The translations under genes were made by a program, and so were the position numbers. Positions 48,395 through 58,900 of a stretch of 64,000 nucleotides of DNA are shown here, piece after piece (the stretch's first letter is position 1; each line of letters starts with the position of its first letter). The notes under the pieces are model-generated. The model saw only the letters and a program-made list of their open reading frames with translations, was not told the origin of the DNA and made no database searches. The stretch spans positions 1,641 through 65,640 of the forward strand of contig JAPSKD010000002.1 of assembly GCA_031177865.1 (NCBI GenBank), written 5' to 3'. Source of the DNA: Bacillus sp. (in: firmicutes) (GTDB lineage Bacteria > Bacillota > Bacilli > Bacillales > Cytobacillaceae).

Positions 48395-49324
48395 TTAATT
48401 AAGCTCTAAATGAGTTTTTAATTCGTTCTGAACGCGCTGTTTTTCCTCATCCGGAACCATTAAGTAATAGACTTTATCAATTTTTGTTCCAGAACCTTTA
48501 ATAGACATTTGTTCAACAGATTTGGCAGCTGCCCGATAGTTTTTCTGAATATCCACCATTTCATTGAATTTCATATTGGTTTTAATATTATTGCCGAGAG
48601 CTGTGAATATTTCATCATAGTTTGTTAAAGAAGATAAGCTTGCACCTTCCTTAAGCACCCCTTGGATTACCTCACGCTGCCTAAGCTGGCGGCCAAAGTC
48701 GCCTCTCGGGTCGTCATATCTCATTCTGGAGAACTTTAATGCCTTTTCTCCAGTTAAAGTTAACTGCCCTTTTGTAAAATGAACACCTTCATAGGTGAAA
48801 TCTAAATCATTATTCACTGTTACTCCGCCAACGGCATCAACAATATCCTTAAAGCCTTCCATGTTGATTTGCATATAGTAATCGATAGGGATGTCAAGGA
48901 AGTTCTCTACTGTATTCATGGACATCTCAACACCTCCGAATGCATAGGCATGGTTAATTTTATCGTCAAAACCCTTTCCAATAATTTCTGTCCTTGTGTC
49001 ACGCGGAATACTAAGCATTTTAACTGATTTCTGGTTTGGGTTAACAGAAAGAACAATCATGGAATCTGATCTGCCGCGGTCTCCCTCGCGCTCATCGACA
49101 CCAAGCATCAATACCGAGAAAGGTTCCTTCTTCTCCAGTGTAATTTGCTCTGTCCGCTTTTCGGACTTCTCTCTTTCTATCGGTTCATGCATTGTTTCTA
49201 CTGCACTTGTTAATGATTTATAAACGGTATAACCATATACTCCTGTGCCGATTAATATTAATAAAAACAGAATAACGGTCACACGGAGCCAGGTTCGTTT
49301 CTTTTTTTTATTCTCTGACCTCAT
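48395..49324 (-). CDS. tagU: LCP family glycopolymer-peptidoglycan ligase (TagU/LytR)
   Basis: ATG 49324 behind GGAGG; LGVDER..GRSDSM, SIPRDT, KINHAYAFGG, RMR..DPRGDFGRQLRQ; terminator 48360-48390. Confidence 0.95.
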   Translation of the reverse strand: MRSENKKKKRTWLRVTVILFLLILIGTGVYGYTVYKSLTSAVETMHEPIEREKSEKRTEQITLEKKEPFSVLMLGVDEREGDRGRSDSMIVLSVNPNQKSVKMLSIPRDTRTEIIGKGFDDKINHAYAFGGVEMSMNTVENFLDIPIDYYMQINMEGFKDIVDAVGGVTVNNDLDFTYEGVHFTKGQLTLTGEKALKFSRMRYDDPRGDFGRQLRQREVIQGVLKEGASLSSLTNYDEIFTALGNNIKTNMKFNEMVDIQKNYRAAAKSVEQMSIKGSGTKIDKVYYLMVPDEEKQRVQNELKTHLELN

Positions 49325-49467
49325 TGTTGCTTCCCTCCAAATAAATTTACAAAAAGTTACATCATAAAATATAGAATAACAGAATCTCATCCACTTTCAT
49401 ACTGAAATTTCAGTCTGTAAGGAAAATTATTCAGTAGAAAAGTCTTAGTAAATATCCCCTTGTATAA

Positions 49468-49496
49468 TAGACGAAAGACATGGGTGTTTAGTTACA
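49468..49496 (-). promoter_or_regulatory. SigX/SigM-type promoter of tagU
   Basis: Minus strand TGTAAC-N17-CGTCTA; B. subtilis tagU/lytR is ECF (SigX) controlled. Confidence 0.7.
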
Positions 49497-49709
49497 GAAA
49501 AATAGAGATGGCTCATGACTATCAGTCAGCCAAATGATCTTGTGCTCAAACCTAAGGAAAGTAATCAAATAATTTTCAGAAGTTTGACGAACATAAGCAG
49601 CTATCGCTATCTAAACAAAATTTGTAATCTGTTATTTTATATCTTCCTTAAATTCATCAAAAAGGAAGAAAATTACGGAACATAACGTATAAATTAAAAA
49701 AAAGCTGCT

Positions 49710-50160
49710 CTATCAAATCTGAATAAATTCCAATAATACCAGTAAAGAGACCCATTCAATGTGAATTTTATTCCTGATATCAAGGGTTGGAATCTCATGG
49801 ACCTTCTTGAAACAAGTTCAGCAATGATAGAAGAGGGGATTCCATAGCTAAAGATGCCTATTGAGCAATAAAAAAAGATAAGAAGAAGTTAAAATAAATT
49901 GGGAAAATCAAAGGAAATGAACAACGAAAGCTGCAGGAAAATGGAAAATACTAATGTGAAAATGATTGATGTATAAAATGCTACTTTAAACTTCTCAACT
50001 TATTTTCGAACATGATCTCTCGGAAGTTAGGTAATAAAAAATGAAATTAAAAAAAGAGCAAATGCCCACTTTATTGTTGCAGGTATTAAAGAAACAATAA
50101 CATGAATATAACAACATCACCTGTAAAACTAGGAATAAAATTTTTGCTGAAAATCAAAAT
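49710..50160 (-). pseudogene. Degraded membrane protein gene (copy 2; paralog of 14428-14935)
   Basis: Fragments FIPSFTG.., VSLIPATIK, REIMFENKLR, FKVAFYTSIIF, IFFYCSIGIFSYGIPSSIIAELVS, interrupted by stops and frameshifts. Confidence 0.7.
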
Positions 50161-50572
50161 AGACCCCACACTTTTATTTAATCCATAATGAACTCTATAC
50201 AGTAGAAATGTTTAGTTTCATAGGAATAAATAACATACAACCATCAAACCTATTATTGGAATACCATACCTTTTTCTAATTCTGCGATTGGTTCCAGGAA
50301 AATTAAGTAATAAATTGGAATTATTAATAATAGGGGGAGAATGGACTTTACATAGAAGGAGAGACTTTCAGTACTTAAAAAAATGTGCCCAGAATTAAAA
50401 GAGGGATAACAGTTAACAAATAGGCAAGTGACACCTTTATCACACCTTATATTTTTCTAAATTATACCAAATACCCGATTGAAAACACAAGAAATTTCAA
50501 GCTTTTGAGGCGGTAAGGAACTGATTTTGGTAGTATCTTAAACAGTAAGCATTGCATGAAAGGGTGATAAAT

Positions 50573-51742
50573 ATGAGAATACCAGCTGCTCTCCCCAAAA
50601 CAATCGTTATTGGTGGCGGGTTAGGTGGACTTTCAGCAGCAAATGCATTGCAGCAGTTAGGTTTGGACGTTTCTGTATACGAGAAGGCTGCGGAACCAAA
50701 GGAATTGGGTGCAGGTATTGTTTTGGCTGCAAATGCTATGAAGGCATTGGACAAGCTGGGGTTAGGGGAACAGGTACGCCAAATGGGCTCAGCGGTTAAA
50801 AAGGCAGAAATAAGGACTTGGGATGGAAAGCTGCTGGTGGATTTACCGGTTCATGAACAGGCAAAACAATATGGGACTTACAGTTATTTAATTCATCGGG
50901 CAGATTTACAAAGCATTTTATATCAAAATTTAAAGCCGGGTACTGTTATTTTAGGGAAAAAGCTTATTAGCATAGAACAGGGATCGAAAATCAGCGCGAT
51001 ATTTGAGAAAGAGGAGGTTGTCGAAGGCGATTTTTTAATTGGTGCCGACGGAGTTCATTCCCAAGTAAGGAGATTGTTAGTTGGCTCTACACCTCTTCGT
51101 TATTCTGGGTTTACTGCTATTCGAGGTATCTCTAATTTTGATGATGTTCGCTTTCCTATTGAACTGGGAGGTGGTTTTGAGGCTTGGGGACACGGTAAAA
51201 GGTTCGGATTTTCTCATTTAGGTAAAGGCCGAATTTTTTGGTTCGCAGCTATCAATACCCCAGAGGGAACATTGAGGACAGCGCAGAACAGGAAAAAAAC
51301 CGCTTTGGAGCATTTTAGGGGATGGTGGGGACCGATAGAAGCTGCCATTGACTCAACTAAGGAAAAAAATATCCTTATTCATGAAATTTTTGATAGAAAA
51401 CCGATTAAATCATGGAGTCAAGGCGGGGCTATTTTACTTGGGGACGCTGCACATCCGATGTTGCCAAATTTGGGACAAGGGGGAGCCCAGGCTATCGAAG
51501 ATGCTATAGTATTATCACGCTGCATAGAGAAAAATCCAGAAAACATGCAACAAGCTTTTAGGGATTATGAAAGAATGAGAATTCCGCGAACCACACAAAT
51601 TGTAAGGGGATCTAGAGTTATGGGGAGATTTATGCAACTTGAGAATCCTGCAGCAATCCAATTCAGGAATCTTCTACTAAGTACAATGCCTGGCTCAATT
51701 CAAATTAAGCGTTTAGATTGGTTGATTGGTTATGAGGTGTAA
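50573..51742 (+). CDS. Group A FAD-dependent monooxygenase (aromatic hydroxylase-like)
   Basis: IGGGLGGL, IHRADL, IGADGVHS, LLGDAAHPMLPNLGQGG. Confidence 0.92.
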   Translation: MRIPAALPKTIVIGGGLGGLSAANALQQLGLDVSVYEKAAEPKELGAGIVLAANAMKALDKLGLGEQVRQMGSAVKKAEIRTWDGKLLVDLPVHEQAKQYGTYSYLIHRADLQSILYQNLKPGTVILGKKLISIEQGSKISAIFEKEEVVEGDFLIGADGVHSQVRRLLVGSTPLRYSGFTAIRGISNFDDVRFPIELGGGFEAWGHGKRFGFSHLGKGRIFWFAAINTPEGTLRTAQNRKKTALEHFRGWWGPIEAAIDSTKEKNILIHEIFDRKPIKSWSQGGAILLGDAAHPMLPNLGQGGAQAIEDAIVLSRCIEKNPENMQQAFRDYERMRIPRTTQIVRGSRVMGRFMQLENPAAIQFRNLLLSTMPGSIQIKRLDWLIGYEV

Positions 51743-51839
51743 GAAAGTTTGATAATTGCGGAAGATACGGTTGATATATGTGTTCATCTGCAACCCTTAA
51801 ATTTTGTTCTCTTTTTCGAGGTAGATAGCTATTAAATGT

Positions 51840-51873
51840 GACAACCCCCACTTTCACAAAAGTGGGGGTTGTC
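51840..51873. terminator. Bidirectional terminator
   Basis: GACAACCCCCACTTT/AAAGTGGGGGTTGTC. Confidence 0.85.
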
Positions 51874-51900
51874 TTATCTCAGAGTTGCTCAAAGCCTTCT

Positions 51901-53718
51901 CTATTTTTCTATCATTTTTCCAAGTTCATTCTCAATACCAACCACTGACTTACCGCCAAGGAATTGGAAGTGATCGTACTTTTTCTCCGAAATTGTCGCC
52001 CTTATAGGATCTTTAATGGAAGCTGGCGGTGTTAACAGAAGGTGTGAGTTCTTTTTAGCAGCCAGAACCGCTCCTGTTAAAGCATCTGCAAAATTATTGC
52101 CGGTGGCTACAAAGGCTTGTTCATTTCCCATCTCTAACTTCTTTACGATATCGGCGTTTGTTTCAAAACGATCCGTTCCTCTATAACGGACAGTGTTTAG
52201 GTTGGCGATCGCATTATCACTGATAACACCAAAGCCACCAGCAACAAGGGTTTTACTAAAGCCCTTCAGGATAGTCGCTGTCGCGGCAGGAATTTTATTC
52301 GTCTCAGTTAAAAGAATAGGATATCCGTTCCTGGCTGCATAAGGAGCAATCGCCAGTGCGTCTGGGAAGTTGCGTCCATATGCAAGGACGGCCTTATCTC
52401 CCTTATTAGGCATATGCATAGCAATTTCATTTGCCGTTTCAAATCTGGTTTTGCCGCCGAGACGGCTAATTTCCGTAATTCCTAGTTGTTTAAGTTCAGA
52501 TTCTACATTTTTGCTTACAGCACCAGTACCGCCAAGGATATATGCTGCTTTTGGTTTCAATCTTTTAATCTCGGCTTTTGTTGAATCTGGTAAGCTATTA
52601 ACCTTAGTTAAAAGCATTGGTGCATCCAGCTGATAGGCTAGCGGAGTACCAGCAAGTGCATCAGGAAAATCTTCTCCATAGGCAAGCACTACTGTGTCTG
52701 CACCATCTTTCCATCCTTCCTGAGAGATGGAAACCGCTGTATCATAACGGGTTTTCCCGTATAATCTTTTGCCAAGATGCTTGAGGTCACTTGAGGCAGT
52801 ATAAGCCGTTCTGCCATCCTGCATCTCTACTTTATACCAAACGTATTGCCGGAACCGCATCTTGTCATCAGCTAATCCATATTGGTTCGATTGATCATAA
52901 GCAAATGATTTATCCAGTACTCTCACAGCTTCTCTTTCGCCTGATGGAAGATCCTTCAGCGATTTTGATAAACTGGAGGGAGCCTCCCGGAAGTTCGCGC
53001 TATCCGCGGAAAGCAAGATATCATTTTGTGTAAATTTATGCTCTGTCTTATGCAGCAGATGCTCAGGAATTTCATATCGATCCTTTTTGAAGATTAAAAG
53101 GTGATCTGGTTCACCGCTATATTCGAAATCCTCAGGCTTAAAGTCAAATGGAATCGGGTGGATATCCATTCCGATATAAAAGGAATCGTTCATTAGCTTA
53201 AAGAACTTCTCCTGATAAGCATCTGCATTTCTGCGGCCATCTGTAGTTAATTTTAATGGGCTATTTTCCTCAACTCTGCCATTATAAGCTAGAATAGCAA
53301 AATACCAGCTTTCGAGAATATCACGGTCATTATTATTTAAGGTTGGCAGCTTGCCATCAACGCCGCGAAATTTCTCATCAAGCTTTTGTAAACCGGCATT
53401 AATATTGTATTCGATGTCAGTCTTTAATAGGTCTTCATCAAATCTGTCATCATTTGTTATCTGCATAATGCCGATTCCGCCATCCGGCGCTACATATGGC
53501 TTTCCGTCCTTAAATTGGTTCCAGCCGCTTTCCTGATAAGCGAGTGTTTTAGCGATTTCTGGTGGGATATTCTTTGCCAGTGCCGCTTCTGTTAATAACT
53601 TGTTAACTTCATAGTAAGGTGGATTTTCATAGATTGCTTCAGCAGTGGCGGCCGCTGGGGTAAATGAACCATAAATCAAAATGAATACAAGAAAAAAAGG
53701 TAACGCTTTTTTAATCAT
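51901..53718 (-). CDS. SLT-like lytic transglycosylase + SH3-like + CWB2 x3
   Basis: ATG 53718 behind GGAGG; signal peptide; YQES, GIMQI and AYNG motifs; FREAPS..WYKV; CWB2 repeats. Confidence 0.85.
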   Translation of the reverse strand: MIKKALPFFLVFILIYGSFTPAAATAEAIYENPPYYEVNKLLTEAALAKNIPPEIAKTLAYQESGWNQFKDGKPYVAPDGGIGIMQITNDDRFDEDLLKTDIEYNINAGLQKLDEKFRGVDGKLPTLNNNDRDILESWYFAILAYNGRVEENSPLKLTTDGRRNADAYQEKFFKLMNDSFYIGMDIHPIPFDFKPEDFEYSGEPDHLLIFKKDRYEIPEHLLHKTEHKFTQNDILLSADSANFREAPSSLSKSLKDLPSGEREAVRVLDKSFAYDQSNQYGLADDKMRFRQYVWYKVEMQDGRTAYTASSDLKHLGKRLYGKTRYDTAVSISQEGWKDGADTVVLAYGEDFPDALAGTPLAYQLDAPMLLTKVNSLPDSTKAEIKRLKPKAAYILGGTGAVSKNVESELKQLGITEISRLGGKTRFETANEIAMHMPNKGDKAVLAYGRNFPDALAIAPYAARNGYPILLTETNKIPAATATILKGFSKTLVAGGFGVISDNAIANLNTVRYRGTDRFETNADIVKKLEMGNEQAFVATGNNFADALTGAVLAAKKNSHLLLTPPASIKDPIRATISEKKYDHFQFLGGKSVVGIENELGKMIEK

Positions 53719-53804
53719 TCTCCTCCGCCTTTCAATAATCTCTCTATAAAATCCTACCATTCTTTTAAAACCAAAATCCACTAATATATGACAAATTTCT
53801 CCTT

Positions 53805-54533
53805 TTACTGATGCCATCTGCTTTCCAAGTATGTAATTGCATTCTCAAAGTAGTCTGTTACCGAGATTTGCCCGATTTGAAACTTGCCTTCCTCAGGTGA
53901 CCACTCGCCATAAGCATCTAAAGCGTTTTGGTACTTCTCCGCATTTTCCTCACTTATCTCATCTTTGCCTGTATAGGTTAAATTTTCGAATTCCTGAATG
54001 GGGATGTGGTAATAACCAGACTTTTTAATTGTTCCTTCTTTTTGCAGGGCTTTTAAAGCCTTACCCGTTGAAGCGTGATCAGGATGTGGGTCATGATAAG
54101 TCATCACATGGTGGGTCGCATCAGGGTAGTCCTTTTCCATATCAATCATGATTTCTTTTACCATATCAGGCGTGAATTTAGCATCCGGCAAATCGTAAAT
54201 ATGGATGTTTTCAGGTTTCACGCCCATTGTCTCTACGGATTTTTTAAACTCTTTAATCCTGGCCTCACCAAATTCCTCCGAAGATATGTTATCATATCCC
54301 TCTTCCTGAAGCTTTGTGTTCACCTTGTGATAAGCGCTGCTGGCCAGTCCTTTGGACAGCAATATCACAATGACATTTTTATCTTCTTCCACTGCCTTTA
54401 TAATCGATCCTCCCATGCTTAATACTTCGTCATCTGCATGGGGAGAATAAAAAATAACTGTTTCTTTTTTAAACAAGAAATATCCGCCAATAAATAATGC
54501 TATGATTACAAATATACTTATCAATCGTTTCAA
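53805..54533 (-). CDS. Exported PIG-L/LmbE family deacetylase
   Basis: N-terminal anchor; SPHADDEVL and HPDH motifs. Confidence 0.88.
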   Translation of the reverse strand: MKRLISIFVIIALFIGGYFLFKKETVIFYSPHADDEVLSMGGSIIKAVEEDKNVIVILLSKGLASSAYHKVNTKLQEEGYDNISSEEFGEARIKEFKKSVETMGVKPENIHIYDLPDAKFTPDMVKEIMIDMEKDYPDATHHVMTYHDPHPDHASTGKALKALQKEGTIKKSGYYHIPIQEFENLTYTGKDEISEENAEKYQNALDAYGEWSPEEGKFQIGQISVTDYFENAITYLESRWHQ

Positions 54534-54610
54534 GAAAAGTCCTCTTTTCTGCGTTTTTTTCCATGAAGTATTATATCATATAACAGTAATGACATTAGCT
54601 AGAAAGGACA

Positions 54611-55729
54611 TTGTTTATGGAACGTGCATTAAAAGAAACACCGAAAAAGAGAAGATTTCGTTCCCTTGATATAACAAGGGGGTTGATTGTATTGCTGTCT
54701 GTGTTTTTATTTCATATTCCGGCAGGAGGATACGAGTATCTCCGCCATGCCAGATGGTACGATATTACAATCATGGACTATATATTGCCTGGATTTATAA
54801 CCGTTTTTGGAATAGGGATGGCTTTTGCCTATCATCGCGGCGTTAACTGGAGCAAGCTCATTAAGAGAACCATCCGGTTAATAATCTATGGATTAATCTT
54901 TAATATGATTGTCGATTGGAAAGTTGATTTATCTACTATACGTATTACAGGGGTACTTCAATTATATGGAGTTCTTGGGCTGCTTGCAGTTATTATCTCC
55001 ACTCTCGTAAAATCATGGCGATTGCTTATACCTGTTGTTGCTTTCATCCTGCTTATTCATGGATATATTTTATTTTCATTTAGCCAAAGTTGTACGGACG
55101 GGCTGTTGCAGCCGGACTGCAATCCGTCGGGCATTATCGATGTTGCGGTATTCGGGGCTGAACATTTGTATCATCAGGGGAAAATGGGGTATGACCCAGA
55201 AGGTTTTATGACGGTAATAGGGGCTCTATCGAATGTGCTCCTGGGCATGATAGCGGGAAGAATTTTGTTGGAAAAGCGTGATAAGGGAGCCTGGAAGGAA
55301 TTAATCCTTTTTGGTGCAATTGTATTGCTTCTTTCCTATGCAGCTTCAAACTTCTTGCCTTTTAATAAAAAGATCTGGACTCCTTCATTTGCGATGCTGA
55401 CAGCTGGAAGCATAATTACTGTATTCGCCTTTATCCATCTGATATTTGATCAGCTAAGAAATACGAAAAAAACTATATTTTCATGGTATATAGAAGCGTT
55501 CGGCCGAAATAGCTTCCTCATTTATTTTGGCAAGTTTATCGTTTATTCCTTCCTGGCCCGCATAATGATCGATGCTGGAGGGGAAGAGGTGTCTTTTTCG
55601 GCCTGGCTATTAATTAAAATGGACCTGATCACCCAATATCCCCAGCTTGCTTATGCCGGCGTAATGCTTTTAGCCTGGTCTGCTGTTGCTATTATTCTCC
55701 ACTTGAAAAAGTGGTATGTGAAAGCTTAA
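54611..55729 (+). CDS. HGSNAT/DUF5009-like membrane N-acetyltransferase
   Basis: RFRSLDITRG, LRHARW, RITGVLQ, DPEG, PFNKKIWTPSF, FGRNS. Confidence 0.85.
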   Translation: MFMERALKETPKKRRFRSLDITRGLIVLLSVFLFHIPAGGYEYLRHARWYDITIMDYILPGFITVFGIGMAFAYHRGVNWSKLIKRTIRLIIYGLIFNMIVDWKVDLSTIRITGVLQLYGVLGLLAVIISTLVKSWRLLIPVVAFILLIHGYILFSFSQSCTDGLLQPDCNPSGIIDVAVFGAEHLYHQGKMGYDPEGFMTVIGALSNVLLGMIAGRILLEKRDKGAWKELILFGAIVLLLSYAASNFLPFNKKIWTPSFAMLTAGSIITVFAFIHLIFDQLRNTKKTIFSWYIEAFGRNSFLIYFGKFIVYSFLARIMIDAGGEEVSFSAWLLIKMDLITQYPQLAYAGVMLLAWSAVAIILHLKKWYVKA

Positions 55730-55974
55730 TGTTTATAAAAAATAGGAGAAAAGGAGACCTTGTCATCAGTGTCTCCCTTTTTTTGTATCAAAAGTAATAG
55801 GTTAAATATTTAGAACTGTCTAAATATTGATTGACTAACATTCTAGCAATTTGTAAAATATAACTATTAGTACCATTTTTGTAAAAGGAGGCAGGTCTTG
55901 TCTTAGTAATATTGTACTAAGGTCAATTGTACATAGCATTCTAATAATTAAAGGATAATGGGGGAAGAAAAAAG

Positions 55975-58900
55975 TTGAAAAAACAAAATAGAAAAAAGGC
56001 CGGTAAAATAGCTTCATATGCCCTTACTTCTGCATTAGTTCTATCAAGCTTCAGCTACACAGCTTCTGCGACTACCAAAAGTTCAAAAGACTTCTACGAC
56101 CAAAAAATCAGCCAAATTAAAGAATTAAAAGCAGAGACATTAAAGAAAACAGAACTTAAAGATAAGACTCTTAAATCCGAATTAAAGGCTTCTGATAAAG
56201 TTCGCGTAATTGTTGAACTGGACGGAAAAACACCTTTAGAGGCTGCAACTGAAGAAGGCAAACTTTACAAAGAATTATCAGAGTCGACAAAAAAATCACT
56301 GGCTTCAAAAGTGAATAAACAGCAAAGTTCAGTAAAAAGTGCGATTAAATCAAAGGGCGTAAAATTTGAATATCTTAAAAACTTCTCTACTGCTTTTAAT
56401 GGATTCAGCGGTGAAGTAAAATATGGGGAAGTTGCTAAAATTGAAGGTTTATCTGGTGTTAAAGCTGTTTATTTAGCCAATGCTTACAACCGACCAGAAG
56501 TAGAGCCTAACATGAAGACAAGCCACAGCTTTATCCAATCAGCTGCCACTTGGGGAGATGCAGGTTATAAAGGGGAAGGCATGATCGTTTCTGTAATTGA
56601 CACAGGTGTTGATCCTTCCCATAAAGATTTCCAGAATATTGATAAAACCAATGCTGATCTGGAAAAGAGCGAAGTGGATGCTCTTGTTAAAGAAGATGGC
56701 TTAAAAGGTAAATATTATTCAGATAAAGTACCATATGGCTATAACTACTATGATAGCAATGACACCATTTTAGACCTTGGGCCTGCTGCCTCCATGCATG
56801 GTATGCACGTTGCCGGCACAGTCGCAGCAAATGGGGATGAAAAAACAGGAGGCATCAAGGGTGTAGCTCCTGAAGCACAGGTTCTTGGCATGAAAGTATT
56901 CAGTAACGACCCGAATTATCCGTCAACATGGTCTGATGTTTATTTAGCGGCTATTGATGATTCTATTAAACTCGGTGCTGATGTATTAAATATGAGCTTA
57001 GGATCAACTGCTGCTTTCTATGAAGAGCAGGGCGCTGAGGATATTGCCATTACTAGAGCAGTAGAGAACGGTATTGTGTGCGCTGTCTCAGCGGGTAACT
57101 CTGCACATCTGGGAAGCGGTTGGGATGCGCCATATGCTAAGAACCCGGATATTGGCGTAGTTGGATCCCCAGGATTAAATCCGGATACACTGCAGGTTGC
57201 TGCTTCAGGTAACGTAGCATACTTATACCAGCATCAAGCAACGGTTGGCGGAAAGACATTTACTGGATATGGAGTGGATGATTGGTCCAGTCTTGCTGCT
57301 TCGGGCTTAGAACTTGTAAGCTTGTCTCAGGCAAATGGTGTAACTGAAGAAAGCGGAAAGGCTTGTAAAGTTTGCGGAAACCCTTCTGATTACGAAGGTG
57401 TCGATGTAGAAGGCAAGATTGTAGTTGTTAAGCGTGGAACTCTATCATTCTTTGACAAAACAGTAAATGCTGCGGAAGCAGGTGCAGCTGGGATCATTGT
57501 ATATGATTCAGGCGGCGGAACATTCTATGAGAACCAGGGCGGCTGGGATGTGCCATTCATGATGCTTTCAGCTGGCGATGGAGAGGAACTTGAAAAAGCG
57601 ATTGCGAATGGTGACGCAACTGCTTCTGTTGCCCAAACCAGCAAAAAAGAAGATCCGGTAATGGGCCGTATGACGGACTTCACTTCTTGGGGTGTTACGC
57701 CTGATTTAAGATTGAAGCCTGAAATCACAGCTCCTGGCGGAAATATCTATTCTACAGTAAATGATGACAAATATACGGTTATGAGCGGAACTTCCATGGC
57801 AGCTCCACATGTTGCCGGCGGATCTGCATTGGTACAGCAATATCTGCAAGAGGATGATAGATTCTCTGATTTAGATTTTGAACAGCGTACAAGATTGGCG
57901 AAGGTTCTATTAGTTAATACAGCGAAAACAATTGAAGATGTTCATGGACAGCCTTTCTCTCCTCGCCGTCAGGGTGCTGGAATGATGCAAACATTTAGTG
58001 CCGTTTCTTCACCAGCTATTTTAACGGATCAGTCATCTGGGGAAGCGAAAGTAGAACTCTTTGACTTTAAAGAAACAAAATTTGAACTGCCTTTAGCGGT
58101 TACAAATATTTCTGATTCAGAAGAAGTTACTTATAATGTTAAAACACGTGTATTAGCTGATACAATTCAGCAGGTTGAAGGTGAAGAAGACCGAAATGCT
58201 TTGATCGCTGGAGACTTAACAGGTGTTGAAATTGAAGGTCCTGAAACAGTTACTGCAGCACCGGGTGAAACTGTTGAGTTTACTGTCAAGGTTGATATCT
58301 CTAAAGCAAAACTTCCAGGGTTGGATAAGGATGGAAAGCCTATCTCCCTTTACCTTAAAGAAGATATCTTTGTAGAAGGATTTGTACATTTAGAAGATGC
58401 CAAGAAGGATAGTGCAAATCCAACACTAACTGTACCTTACCTTGGATTCTATGGTGAGTGGGATCGCCCAGAAATCTTCGATGGCTTTAAGACTCTTGGG
58501 GAAAACAGATTCTATGATGCATTCCCTACAGATATGCTTGTCGAAAATGGTGACTATTTCGCAAATATGTTAAAAGTTGATGGCAAGGATGTTTATGCAT
58601 TCTCACCAAATGGCGATGGCAATTTTGATGATATCAATGCCCTTCCGGCAATGCTTCGTAATGCCAAGGAATTGCAGACAAATATCCTTGATAAAGATGG
58701 CAAGCAGGTTGCAAGAGTAAACCTTGAGTCAAATGTCAGAAAGAATTGGTACGATTCTGGGGATAACCTTCCATATGATTTCAATCCTGAACGCGCTTGG
58801 GATGGAAAGGTGAAAGGCAAGACTGTTGAAGATGGCTTATACTACTATGAGCTGAAAGGAAAAGTTCATTATGATGACGCTGAATGGCAGTCCAAGAAAG

